DNA of 32,000 nt from Cyanobacterium sp. uoEpiScrs1 (GCF_947331815.1 NZ_OX373462.1:513376-545375); one strand, 5' to 3'; positions 11,131 to 21,146 are shown, counted from the first letter of the stretch. Program-made: numbers and translations. Notes: generated by a model not told the origin, from the sequence alone.

Positions 11131-11191
11131 ACTAGCAAACAAAAACAACCACAGAAGTAACTTTAAAAGTTATTTAAAGTTACTTCTGTGG
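11131..11191 (-). terminator. Orphan intrinsic terminator: 19-bp perfect stem plus U-tract, with no gene upstream of it on this strand
   Basis: 11149-11167 pairs perfectly with 11173-11191, with a 5-nt loop. On the minus-strand RNA the stem is followed directly by UUGUUUUUGUUUG (plus-strand 11136-11148). No track ORF lies between 11192 and 11839 on either strand. Confidence 0.45.
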
Positions 11192-11286
11192 ATTTAAAGA
11201 TTGAATATTTTTCAAGTAAATTGTTGTTAGTTTATTTTAAAAAACTAATTTAATCCGTCTTATTTAAATCCTAATATTAAAAAATT

Positions 11287-11300
11287 AAATTACATAAACA
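11287..11300 (+). repeat. Copy 3 of dispersed 14-mer AAATTACATAAACA
   Basis: Exact 14-mer read at 11287-11300 in the mnmA/ndhB spacer. The 16-mer at 11286-11301 is identical to copy 1. Confidence 0.6.
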
Positions 11301-11582
11301 AACTTAACTAACAAAGCTTACTAATAAATATAATTTTATTGGTAATATAACTTAAATATTTGTTCCTACAAAAAGTAGATAGATTTACTAAATAATAGAT
11401 GCTTTTTAACTACTTTATTAAAAAATCCTAGAGAATATACATTCGAAAATCAAGTTAATTAAAAAACAGGCGTATAGATAAATTGACTTTAGTGCTCTTA
11501 CAGAAAAAGTTCTATTCATTTTATATTTTCTAGGTTGGCTATGCTAGCCCAAAATTTAGAATAGTAGATTTATAAAACAAAT

Positions 11583-11624
11583 AAATTTCAAATATTTGGT
11601 AAACAACCTAAATATTTGAAATTT
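11583..11624. repeat. 15-bp perfect inverted repeat (AAATTTCAAATATTT / AAATATTTGAAATTT) about 215 nt upstream of ndhB
   Basis: 11583-11597 is the exact reverse complement of 11610-11624. Two further pairs (G-U, G-C) can extend the stem, leaving an 8-nt loop. The composition is very AT-rich, so the chance expectation is not negligible. Confidence 0.5.
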
Positions 11625-11839
11625 GTCACCATTTTTAATAAATAATTAGAAACAAATAGCTCGCATTTCAGTATTTACTAAATAGTGTGATCCCTAAAAG
11701 CACACTGAAAGTGAACGCAACCTTAAAGACTAGCCCGAAATTCCCTCTGTCCATTATGATCCAAAGGGATAAGGCCGGATGAAATTGCCGGATATTTCCT
11801 TAAGCTTAAATTCTTAGGTGTTTTTTCTCCCATAACTCT

Positions 11840-13405
11840 ATGGATTTTTCTAGTAACATTGCCAGTCAACTGAATGCTGAAACAATTCTGCCAGAAGGAA
11901 TTGTGATTATTACTCTCCTCTTTATTTTGGTAGGAGACCTCATATTTGGCCGTAGTTCGAAAACCTGGCTACCTTATGCTGCCATGCTTGGGTTGTTTGC
12001 TTCGCTGATCGCTCTTTGTTTGGCTTGGGATACTGCTACTCCCATCGGTTTCTTAGGTTCATTTAACGGAGATAACCTCAGTATTATTTTTCGGGCTATT
12101 ATCGCCCTGTCTACTTTAGTAACTATTCTGATGTCAGTCCGTTATGTAGAACAAACAAGGACATCTTTGGCTGAATTTATAGCCATCATGTTAACGTCTA
12201 CCCTAGGAGGAATGTTCTTATGTGGGGCTAACGAGTTGGTGATGATTTTTATTTCCCTAGAAATGTTAAGTATTTCCTCTTACTTAATGACAGGGTATAT
12301 GAAACGGGACCCTCGTTCCAATGAAGCAGCTTTGAAATACCTTTTAATTGGGGCTTCTAGTTCAGCTATTTTCCTATATGGGGTTTCTCTTCTCTATGGT
12401 TTATCTGGAGGAGAAACTAACCTAAATGAGATTGCCACTAACATTACGAATGTAAGTGGAGGACAGTCTTTAGGAATACTCATTGCCTTAGTTTTTGTTA
12501 TTGCAGGAATTGCCTTTAAAATTTCTGCAGTTCCTTTTCATCAATGGACTCCTGATGTTTATGAAGGTTCCCCCACTCCCGTTGTTGCTTTTCTCTCTGT
12601 GGGTTCTAAAGCTGCAGGATTTGCCCTCGCAATTCGTCTATTAGTGACTTCTTTTACTGCAGTTGAAGAACAATGGCATCTTATTTTCACTGCTTTAGCC
12701 ATACTCAGTATGTTGTTGGGAAATATAGTAGCCTTAACTCAAACTAGCATGAAGCGGATGTTAGCCTATTCTTCTATTGGCCAAGCCGGTTTTGTCATGA
12801 TTGGTTTAGTGTCAGGTACTAATGAAGGGTACTCTAGTATGGTGTTTTATTTACTAATCTATCTGTTCATGAACTTGGGGGCATTTACGGGAGTTACTCT
12901 CTTTTCCCTACGGACTGGAACTGATAAAATTAGCGAATATGCCGGACTTTATCAAAAAGACCCCTTACTTACTTTAGGATTAAGTATTTGTTTACTTTCT
13001 TTAGGTGGTATTCCTCCGTTAGCTGGCTTTTTTGGCAAAATTTATATTTTCTGGGCAGGTTGGCAAGCGGAACTTTATGGGCTAGTTATCCTTGCCTTAG
13101 TCGCTAGTGTGATTTCTATCTATTATTACATCCGCGTAGTAAAAATGATGGTGGTGAAAGAGCCTCAAGAAATGTCAGATGCTGTAAAAAATTATCCCGA
13201 AATTTGTTGGAATTTATCGGGAATGCGTCCACTACAAGTGGGCTTAGTTTTGAGCATGATTGCTACTTCTTTGGCTGGAATTTTAGCGAATCCTTTGTTG
13301 ACTTTGGTTGATAACTCGGTCACTAGTACCCCAATTTTACAATCAGTTATTATCCATGACCAAATATCTCAACTTAAGACTACAGCCGATTTGGCTAACC
13401 AATGA
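11840..13405 (+). CDS. ndhB: NAD(P)H-quinone oxidoreductase (NDH-1) subunit 2
   Basis: 521-aa polytopic membrane ORF. Its N-terminus [20 protein letters not shown]... and the [18 protein letters not shown] block match my recollection of cyanobacterial NdhB. Antiporter-like motifs run throughout. Confidence 0.95.
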   Translation: MDFSSNIASQLNAETILPEGIVIITLLFILVGDLIFGRSSKTWLPYAAMLGLFASLIALCLAWDTATPIGFLGSFNGDNLSIIFRAIIALSTLVTILMSVRYVEQTRTSLAEFIAIMLTSTLGGMFLCGANELVMIFISLEMLSISSYLMTGYMKRDPRSNEAALKYLLIGASSSAIFLYGVSLLYGLSGGETNLNEIATNITNVSGGQSLGILIALVFVIAGIAFKISAVPFHQWTPDVYEGSPTPVVAFLSVGSKAAGFALAIRLLVTSFTAVEEQWHLIFTALAILSMLLGNIVALTQTSMKRMLAYSSIGQAGFVMIGLVSGTNEGYSSMVFYLLIYLFMNLGAFTGVTLFSLRTGTDKISEYAGLYQKDPLLTLGLSICLLSLGGIPPLAGFFGKIYIFWAGWQAELYGLVILALVASVISIYYYIRVVKMMVVKEPQEMSDAVKNYPEICWNLSGMRPLQVGLVLSMIATSLAGILANPLLTLVDNSVTSTPILQSVIIHDQISQLKTTADLANQ

Positions 13406-13426
13406 TTAATTGTCAATAGTAGGTGG

Positions 13427-13451
13427 GGTGGGCATTGCCCACCTTATCTTT
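13427..13451 (+). terminator. Intrinsic terminator of ndhB
   Basis: A GC-rich 7-bp stem, GGTGGGC (13427-13433) / GCCCACC (13437-13443), with a 3-nt loop. It lies 22 nt after the TGA stop and is followed by TTATCTTT. Confidence 0.6.
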
Positions 13452-14184
13452 ACAGCTGTCCAACTCATCCTTTATATTGAAGCGTAGCCTCCAGTTTTGT
13501 TTTTCTTAATATCTTTATGTTATTCCCAAAGATCTTTAAGCTGGTAATAAGTTTTTTGAAAAAAATTCTAGGTAGTATTTTCCAGTACTAAAACTACAAT
13601 TAATACTGTTTGACAGACTTCCCTATTTTAGTATTACAAACTAAGTTTGCTAGTAAAATTATTTCTCTATAGTAACTTTAACTTGATAGAAGATTTAAGA
13701 AGACGAAAATTACTATATATCGTGATAGCCTAGTACATAAATAATAAATAATTGAAGGTCCAATATTCGTGAATTATTTGATATAATTAATCATATCAAA
13801 CAGATTTGTATAATTTATAAAATACATTTTTTATATCGTATAAGTTACAAGCTATTGAGAAACTTGAGTGAATTAAAAAGTGCTAGTTGCTTGTCTTTCT
13901 GTAGTTTACTCAATGTATCGATTCAAGGTTTCTAAGTCGAAGTATAGCCTTTCTCTCTTTTGTGAGGTAGACTCTAATGTGTTTCTCCATATCTATTCCC
14001 TCAGAATAAATAATAATCTTAAATCCGTAGGATTACTATTATTGGAGCAAGCAACAGATAATAAGCAAAAAACAGTTAATTAGAATTTCAATAAACTGTA
14101 CTTGGTCAAAATTAAGAGAAATCTTTACACTAAAATACTATAGCTAAAAACAACTTAACGACTACTAATAAGGATAAACAACGA

Positions 14185-14919
14185 ATGGAAAAGCTTTATG
14201 AAGGAAAAGCCAAGATTATTTATGCTACTGATGATTCGGAAATCCTTACTACTCAATTTAAAGATGATTTGACAGCCTTTAATTCTTTAAAAAAAGGAAT
14301 GGCACAGGGGAAAGGAGCTATTAACTGTCATATTTCCTCAGTTTTATTTAAATTGCTAGAATCTAAGGATATAGCTACTCATTTTATTGATCAAATTGCT
14401 GATTGTGAAATGCGCGTCCGTGCTGTTAAAATTATCCCGCTCGAAGTAGTAATTAGAAATATTGCTGCGGGTAGCCTATGCCGACAAACAGGCTTAATTG
14501 AAGGTAAAATTTTACCTTTTCCTTTGGTAGAATTTTATTTAAAAAATGACGAGCTTGGAGATCCATTATTAACACGTGATCGTCTACTAATACTGGAATT
14601 AGCTTCCCCAAAACAACTTGAACAACTCCAGTCTATAGCATTGAAAATCAATAAATGTTTAACAGAGTTTTTTGCCAGCTGCCAGATTACTTTAGTAGAT
14701 TTCAAACTAGAATTTGGTTTAGATTCTCAAGGAAATCTCCTCCTAGCCGATGAAATTAGTCCTGATACTTGTCGGTTATGGGATCAACAAACAAAAAATT
14801 TACGAGATAGAGTTTTGGATAAAGATCGATTTCGACACGATTTAGGAGAAGTAGAAACGGCTTATCAACAGGTTCAACAAAGGATTTTAGAAAAATTAGG
14901 TATTAGACAAAGACCCTGA
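14185..14919 (+). CDS. purC: Phosphoribosylaminoimidazole-succinocarboxamide (SAICAR) synthase
   Basis: 244-aa ORF with LYEGKAKIIY, LEVVIRNIAAGS and LADEISPDTCRLWD, all typical of PurC. Confidence 0.93.
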   Translation: MEKLYEGKAKIIYATDDSEILTTQFKDDLTAFNSLKKGMAQGKGAINCHISSVLFKLLESKDIATHFIDQIADCEMRVRAVKIIPLEVVIRNIAAGSLCRQTGLIEGKILPFPLVEFYLKNDELGDPLLTRDRLLILELASPKQLEQLQSIALKINKCLTEFFASCQITLVDFKLEFGLDSQGNLLLADEISPDTCRLWDQQTKNLRDRVLDKDRFRHDLGEVETAYQQVQQRILEKLGIRQRP

Positions 14920-15042
14920 CATTGGAACCTTTATAAGTAGCCCTGGTCACTAGATTCGATAATTTAGCTCGGTTGCTTAGGCACTCTGGCAGCTATTATG
15001 AGTCAATAACAAAAACATAAATAAAATAAACAACACTGTAGC

Positions 15043-17430
15043 TTGATTGGGTGTGTGGAAGTGTCAAACGAGATTAAAAAATTACGGTTATCTCCTATGG
15101 TGGTAGTTCCTGTCGTGACTGCCACTATGTTAAACTTAACCCAGTCTATTAGGGGAGAGACTATAGCCCCTTTAACTGAAACAAGTGTTAAAGAGAAGAA
15201 TCTAAAAACTATCGTAAGTGTGGCAAAATTACAGTCCACCATGCTGGGGGACCCTAAACTAGTAGAACTAACATCTATTCCTATATTGGAAGACTCAACT
15301 GAAGGCAATTTAACCTTGCCGACGGACTTAAAAGCTAGTCAATTAGCTGTTTCCCAAGAGAATCAGCGATTAATAATACCTGTAACCCCAAAAGATTTAA
15401 ATTTTCAAACTTTGTCGGCTTTAGAACAGGGGACTACATTAGTTTCTAAGTTAAAAAAGTTGATCTCAGCAGATTTAACTTCTTCGGTGGATACTCAAGG
15501 GCAAACTGAAGTATCTGGAACAGGATTGCCTAAAAAGGAAGACTCACCAGCCTTAAAAGAAATTAACACCCCTATCATACCGTCCCCGTCAGATGATTCT
15601 TTAATTGAAGAATCATCCGGGAAAGAACCCAGAGTTTTGGTAGTAGAAGTCGTAGTTAGTGGGGTTGATGAGGACCTAGAAAATCTAGTCTACAACACTA
15701 TTCAAACTAGTCCAGGGCGAACAGCAACTCGCTCTCAATTGCAAGAAGATGTCAATGCAATTTATGCCACTGGATTCTTTTCTAATGTTAGAGTCACCCC
15801 TGCCGACACACCTTTAGGGGTACGCATTACTTTCGGTGTGAAACCTAATCCAACATTGAGTGAAGTGGTCGTAGAAACAGGCACAGATAAGGAAGCTCGA
15901 GCATTACCGCCCAAAGTTGTTAAAAATATTTTTGAGGATCAGTATGGGGCAATTCTTAACCTACGAGAATTACAAAACGGTATTCAAAAACTTAATGAAT
16001 GGTATTCTAAACAAGGCTATGATCTAGCACAAGTTATTGGTTCTCCTGAGGTTGGGGATAATGGAATTGTAACGCTGGTGGTCTCTGAAGGGGTAATTCA
16101 AGATATAAAAGTAAGATTTTTCGATGCAGAAGATGAACCCATCAATGGTCGGACACGCGCTTTTATTGTGACTCGTGAAATGCAACTTGAAGCAGGGAAT
16201 GTTTTCAACCGCAGAATCGCTCAAACTGATCTGCAAAGAGTCTTTGGTTTAGGGTTGTTTGAAGACGTCAGAATTTCTTTTAGTCCTGGGGAAGATCCGC
16301 GAGAGGTTATTGTTAACGTAGATGTAGTGGAAGGAAATACAGGCTCTCTAGCTGCGGGAGCTGGGATTAGTTCTACTAGTGGACTGTTTGGAACAATCAG
16401 TTATCAAGAACAAAACTTGGGGGGAAACAACCAAACTATTGGGGGTGAGGTTCAAGTTGGAGAACGGGAACTACTCTTTGATGTCAATTTTACCGATCCA
16501 TGGATTGCCGGCGATCCTTTTCGTACTGCTTATACGGTTAATGGATTTCGTAGACGGACTATTTCTTTAGTGTTTGACGGAGATGATTCTTCGATTAGGA
16601 CCCTTAACGATTTTGATAGTCCACGGGTGGTTCGGACTGGAGGTGGGGTGACTTTTGTACGCCCTTTAGCAGATGATCCCTTCAGCGTACCTGATTGGCG
16701 AACCTCTCTAGGCTTTAACTATCAACGGGTTCAAGTGGAAAATGCAGACGGTGATATTGCACCTTGGTCAGCTCCTCTTAATGGGTTTCCCTCTCAGCCG
16801 TTGGCCTTTAGTGATGAGGGAAAGGATGACTTGTTTACTATCAGTTTTGGAGCTTCTCAAGACTTCCGTAATAATCCCTTACGTCCTACAAGTGGTCATC
16901 TGTTGCGCTTAGGAGTTGAACAAACTATACCTTTAGGTTCAGGCAGTATTTTCTTTACTCGACTACGAGGAAGCTATAGTCACTATATCCCGGTAGATTT
17001 TATTGATTTAGGTTTTATTGAGGAGGATCAACCAAGACCTCAAGCATTGGCCTTTAATTTTCAAGCGGGCACAGCTTTCGAAGATTTACCTCCTTATGAA
17101 GCCTTTGTAATTGGGGGTAGTAACTCAGTACGGGGTTATGATGAAGGAGAATTAGGAAATGGACGTAGTTATTTCCAAGCAACAGCCGAATACCGCTTTC
17201 CTATCATTCCAGCAGTTGGAGCAGCTCTCTTTGTTGACTATGGGACAACGATTAAGTCTCAACGTTCAGTCAGAGGCTTTCCAGGTACGATTCGAGGACT
17301 ACCTAGTGATGGTTACGGTTACGGTCTTGGTGTTCGCATTCAATCACCAGTTGGACCGATTCGGGTTGATTATGGGGTTAATAATGAGGGGGATTCTCGT
17401 CTCCACTTTGGCATTGGAGAAAGGTTTTAA
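15043..17430 (+). CDS. bamA: Outer-membrane protein assembly factor, Omp85/BamA family (cyanobacterial Toc75-like)
   Basis: A Pro/Ser-rich N-terminal region is followed by POTRA-like repeats (VVEVVVSG...LQEDVNAIYATGFFSNVRV; IKVRF...TR..IVTREM) and a C-terminal beta-barrel ending RLHFGIGERF (terminal aromatic residue). The track start at 15043 is TTG. GTG 15061 (MSNEIKKLRLSPMVVVPVVTA, signal-peptide-like) or ATG 15097 may be the true start. Confidence 0.88.
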   Translation: MIGCVEVSNEIKKLRLSPMVVVPVVTATMLNLTQSIRGETIAPLTETSVKEKNLKTIVSVAKLQSTMLGDPKLVELTSIPILEDSTEGNLTLPTDLKASQLAVSQENQRLIIPVTPKDLNFQTLSALEQGTTLVSKLKKLISADLTSSVDTQGQTEVSGTGLPKKEDSPALKEINTPIIPSPSDDSLIEESSGKEPRVLVVEVVVSGVDEDLENLVYNTIQTSPGRTATRSQLQEDVNAIYATGFFSNVRVTPADTPLGVRITFGVKPNPTLSEVVVETGTDKEARALPPKVVKNIFEDQYGAILNLRELQNGIQKLNEWYSKQGYDLAQVIGSPEVGDNGIVTLVVSEGVIQDIKVRFFDAEDEPINGRTRAFIVTREMQLEAGNVFNRRIAQTDLQRVFGLGLFEDVRISFSPGEDPREVIVNVDVVEGNTGSLAAGAGISSTSGLFGTISYQEQNLGGNNQTIGGEVQVGERELLFDVNFTDPWIAGDPFRTAYTVNGFRRRTISLVFDGDDSSIRTLNDFDSPRVVRTGGGVTFVRPLADDPFSVPDWRTSLGFNYQRVQVENADGDIAPWSAPLNGFPSQPLAFSDEGKDDLFTISFGASQDFRNNPLRPTSGHLLRLGVEQTIPLGSGSIFFTRLRGSYSHYIPVDFIDLGFIEEDQPRPQALAFNFQAGTAFEDLPPYEAFVIGGSNSVRGYDEGELGNGRSYFQATAEYRFPIIPAVGAALFVDYGTTIKSQRSVRGFPGTIRGLPSDGYGYGLGVRIQSPVGPIRVDYGVNNEGDSRLHFGIGERF

Positions 17431-18067
17431 TGAAAAATTAGGTTTTGATTTTATTGTTTTTCTTATATTTTCCTCAATTCTTAAAATAATTTTAATTAGA
17501 GGACAAAATCATCGTTTTTGTTCGATAGAAGTTAAACAACTTAATTTTTAAATCAATGTAGTTTTTATCTAAAAATACCCAATAAAAATCTCATAATCTA
17601 TTTCTATAAAGTCCAATTTATAACGAAAATATATTATACAGATAGTTGATTATTTGCTAATTTTTTTTGCTTAGTAAAATGAATAAATATAATAATTAAC
17701 AAAGAAATATAATCTATTCTAGAATTAGTATAAAAAATAAGTCTTTAATAACAAAAGTAACACTATAAGATATTAGAGTGTTGCTTTTGCTAATTTGAAC
17801 TTCTTATAAATTATTAATCAATTTAATATTGAGTTTACTAAAATTCTGTTACTTATAAGTCAAAATAAGCAGGTGATTAACAGCGTACGTCAGCTTATTT
17901 ACCAAAAGATTTGAGATAAAACTCAATCAAGTTCAAGGTATTTTTCAACTGATAGACAAATTTTTTTAGAAATCACCCTGCTTTACTTGCATAGAGGGAA
18001 TGCCATCTTTGGTATAGATGCATTAAAGTGAAATTCAGTCCTTTAAGATATCCATTGAGAAAAACTA

Positions 18068-18102
18068 CTAGAAGCAGTTTTAGGGGCTAAGAAGGCTTCT
18101 AG
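18068..18102 (+). other. Imperfect 14-bp hairpin about 155 nt upstream of lpxC
   Basis: CTAGAAGC (18068-18075) pairs with GCTTCTAG (18095-18102). An inner 6-bp helix (18078-18083 with 18087-18092, one G-U) follows a symmetric AG/AG internal loop. The loop is GGG. No U-tract follows. Confidence 0.4.
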
Positions 18103-18258
18103 TCTCCATATTATTACGATCAAGATTAACGGTCTGATAAGTGGCTGAGGCATTAGAATTAGATATGAAGACTGGATATGAAGTAAGTAAGAGAGATATA
18201 AATCAATAATAATTGATAATAGCCTATTTTTTACCTTTAGATAGTAGTGGGGATAATT

Positions 18259-19083
18259 ATGAGTTCTACGCTTAGAGAAATTGTTACAGTATCGGGAATC
18301 GGGCTACATTCTGGAGTAGAAACTCAGGTAAGTATTTTACCTGCACAATCGGGAGAAGGTCGCTATTTTGTAAGGGTAGATTTACCTGGAAATCCTATAA
18401 TTCCTGCCGAGGTAGCTTCAGTTAGCGAGACGACTTTATCAACGAAATTAAGTCGAGGAAATGTAGCTATTCGTACGGTCGAACATCTTCTCTCCACGTT
18501 AATCGCCATTGGGGTCAAAGACGCTCGTATTGAAGTTGATGGGACAGAAATACCGCTATTGGATGGATCTGCGCAAGAATGGCTTAAAGCGATAATTTGT
18601 GGGGGTGTTACTCCTTCTTCATGGTCCACAAATTCTACTTTATTAGAACCGATTTGGGTTAGGGATGGAGATGCTTTTGTGGCTGCTATCCCCGCGTTTG
18701 AGACTCGCTTCACCTATGGAATTGATTTTCCTTACCCTGCTATTGGCAATCAGTGGCATAGTTGGAATCCTAATATAGACTCCTTTGAAAAAGATATTGC
18801 TCCTGCTAGAACTTTTGGTTTTGCTGATCAAATTGAAAAACTACAAAAAATGGGTTTAATTCAAGGAGGAAGTTTAAAAAATGCCTTAGTGTGTGATCAC
18901 GAAAAATGGTTAAATCTTCCTTTGAGATTTGAGAATGAGCCAGCCCGTCATAAATTATTAGATTTAATTGGGGATTTAAGTTTGTTAGGAACCATTCCTC
19001 AAGGACATTTTTTGGCCTATAAAGCAAGTCATAAGCTTCATATTCAATTAGCTATGGCGATCAAAAAAAAATTAAATACTTAA
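18259..19083 (+). CDS. lpxC: UDP-3-O-acyl-N-acetylglucosamine deacetylase (lipid A biosynthesis)
   Basis: The N-terminus [19 protein letters not shown] matches the LpxC start pattern, and [16 protein letters not shown] is the LpxC signature. The ORF-track start is GTG 18247. ATG 18259 is preferred because a GGGGA sits 5 nt upstream and the length agrees with known LpxC N-termini. Confidence 0.9.
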   Translation: MSSTLREIVTVSGIGLHSGVETQVSILPAQSGEGRYFVRVDLPGNPIIPAEVASVSETTLSTKLSRGNVAIRTVEHLLSTLIAIGVKDARIEVDGTEIPLLDGSAQEWLKAIICGGVTPSSWSTNSTLLEPIWVRDGDAFVAAIPAFETRFTYGIDFPYPAIGNQWHSWNPNIDSFEKDIAPARTFGFADQIEKLQKMGLIQGGSLKNALVCDHEKWLNLPLRFENEPARHKLLDLIGDLSLLGTIPQGHFLAYKASHKLHIQLAMAIKKKLNT

Positions 19084-19255
19084 GAGTAAAAATAAATCGA
19101 CCTGATAAATAACCACAGCTGCGATTTAGATTCAAACTCTAATATGACTTAACTATTTTCTAGGAAAGCAAAAAAGTTTTCCATGAGGGGAAAGCAGAGT
19201 TATCATTAGACATAAGTTTGTTCCTACTAAAACTAGTGCTCTGTATTGCCAAACT

Positions 19256-19615
19256 ATGGTCCATTATCATACAGTTCGCATCAATCATCGTCAAGAAGGA
19301 AAAGAATATACCCTGGAAGTACCCGATGATCGCTACATTCTTCATAGTGCGGAAGAACAAGGTAATCAATTACCTTTCTTGTGTAGAAACGGGGCTTGTA
19401 CTACTTGTGCTGTGCGTATTTTGTCAGGAGAGGTCTATCAACCCGAAGCTATCGGGTTATCTTCAGAATTAAAAGACAGAGGTTATGCTTTATTGTGTGT
19501 TAGTTACGCTCGATCTAGCTTAGAGTTAGAAACTCAAAACGAGGATGAAGTTTATGATCTTCAATTTGGACAAAATTTTGGGAGGGGAAAAAAAATTAAG
19601 AATTTTTATAGATAA
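19256..19615 (+). CDS. Plant-type [2Fe-2S] ferredoxin with C-terminal extension (Fed2/FdC2-like)
   Basis: 119 aa. The cluster ligands are CRNGACTTC...LLC (C-x4-C-x2-C...C). The C-terminal ETQNEDEVYDLQFGQNFGRG extension resembles the FdC2/Fed2 subgroup as I remember it. Confidence 0.85.
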   Translation: MVHYHTVRINHRQEGKEYTLEVPDDRYILHSAEEQGNQLPFLCRNGACTTCAVRILSGEVYQPEAIGLSSELKDRGYALLCVSYARSSLELETQNEDEVYDLQFGQNFGRGKKIKNFYR

Positions 19616-19760
19616 TGATTCAATAACTGAAGAAGAATAGCCATATCTATCCTCAATTATTGAAAAGAAACAAAATTGTACACAATAGCTTAAAAGCTTC
19701 TCTTTAGAAAAAAACTTATCCATCGTTAAATTATCAACAGCTTATTATTAACTGCTAATT

Positions 19761-20603
19761 ATGCACAAACAAGTCCAACATGAACTGGAAATACTCTTAG
19801 AAGTTGCTACGGAAGCAGTAATGACCGCTGGAGTAGTTTTGCAAGATCTTTGGGGTAAATTAGAAACAATTGAAGAAAAAGATCGTTCTGGAGATTTAGT
19901 TACCGAAGCCGATAAAACGGCAGAAGCAGCTATTTTAAAAATTCTACGTCGTCGAGTCCCTCAACATCAAATTCTAGCTGAGGAGTCTGGTCTTTTAGGA
20001 ATAGATGAAAGTAATTATCTTTGGGTAGTTGATCCCCTTGATGGAACTACAAACTATGCCCATGGTTATCCTATTTCCGCTGTATCTGTTGGGTTACTGG
20101 TAGAAGGAATTCCCCAAGTGGGGGCTATCTACGATCCTTTTAGAAAAGAGCTATTTAGAGCAGCTAAAGGATTAGGAGCTACCCTTAATTATCGTCCTAT
20201 TCAAGTTTCTAAAACTACAGAATTAAGTAATAGTTTGTTAGTAACAGGATTTGCTTATGATCGCCGAGACACTCAAGATACTAACTATCCTGAATTTTGT
20301 TACCTAACTCATATCACTCAAGGGGTACGCCGTACAGGATCAGCAGCCCTTGATTTAGCTAATGTAGCTTGTGGCCGCTTCGATGGGTATTGGGAAAAAG
20401 GGTTAAGTCCTTGGGACATTAGTGCAGGAGTTATTATCTTGGAAGAAGCAGGGGGAAAAATATCCGCTTATGATGGGAGTACTTTAATTCTTAAGTCGGG
20501 GAAGTTATTAGCTACCAACGGGCATATTCATCATGTTTTGAGTCAAGCTTTGAATGAAGCGCTTCCTTGGCTACGAAATTTTTATCAGGCAAAATCACTA
20601 TAG
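19761..20603 (+). CDS. Inositol monophosphatase-family phosphatase (SuhB/IMPase-like)
   Basis: 280 aa with the IMPase signatures WVVDPLDGTTNYAHG, GSAALDLA and PWDISAG. The physiological substrate cannot be read from the sequence. Confidence 0.85.
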   Translation: MHKQVQHELEILLEVATEAVMTAGVVLQDLWGKLETIEEKDRSGDLVTEADKTAEAAILKILRRRVPQHQILAEESGLLGIDESNYLWVVDPLDGTTNYAHGYPISAVSVGLLVEGIPQVGAIYDPFRKELFRAAKGLGATLNYRPIQVSKTTELSNSLLVTGFAYDRRDTQDTNYPEFCYLTHITQGVRRTGSAALDLANVACGRFDGYWEKGLSPWDISAGVIILEEAGGKISAYDGSTLILKSGKLLATNGHIHHVLSQALNEALPWLRNFYQAKSL

Positions 20604-21146
20604 TCGAATAATAGGTAGTCCTAGCTATATGGACTTAGAATTTTGTATGAGCTTTCCTATGAAATGAGGACTGTTTGAATGTGCTATCATCAATCGACAA
20701 CACAATATAATGTTCGACTTTCCAACAAATGTAGATATCAAGCAAATTAACTTTACTTAAAAGTCACCTTTTGTGTGTATTCTAATAGCTACAAAAATCA
20801 AATAGAAAACATTAAGCAACTAAAGATGAATAGAGAAATATTGTGATGAATAACCGTTAATCTCAGCTCAAATACTCTGTATTTAGGCGAAGGAGATAAG
20901 GTTACAACTATCCAAAATACTAACTTAATTTATCTAAACTAAAAGTTAATTAAATACTTAATTGCTGAACAGTACCAGGCTTAGAGTTAACATTTTTATA
21001 AAAATTGCCCAACTTAATGAATACGTCCAAGGAAAAACTATGGTTGAATCTTTATACTGAACTGCCTAAATCTTAGTCTGGTTTAGATAATCATTAACAA
21101 CCGCTGGAGATTTAAAAACTCATGTTTCTACTGTTGATTCTGTTAA

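Noticed and set aside
13880-14083. 67-aa + strand ORF upstream of purC
   Set aside because: It has a GTG start in AT-rich spacer, no motif, and a composition like the surrounding non-coding DNA.
15003-17551. ORFs 15003-15308(-), 16024-16236(-), 16379-16570(+) and 17159-17551(+)
   Set aside because: All overlap the bamA CDS antisense or out of frame. None has motifs, and bamA explains the region.
18363-19027. Three minus-strand ORFs (116, 62 and 73 aa) inside lpxC
   Set aside because: They are antisense shadow ORFs of a confidently assigned gene.
19160-19723. ORFs 19160-19369(-), 19218-19472(+) and 19526-19723(-) around the ferredoxin gene
   Set aside because: They overlap the ferredoxin CDS or its flanks in other frames. 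Their translations are hydrophobic and low-complexity, and the ferredoxin frame carries the Cys-ligand motif.
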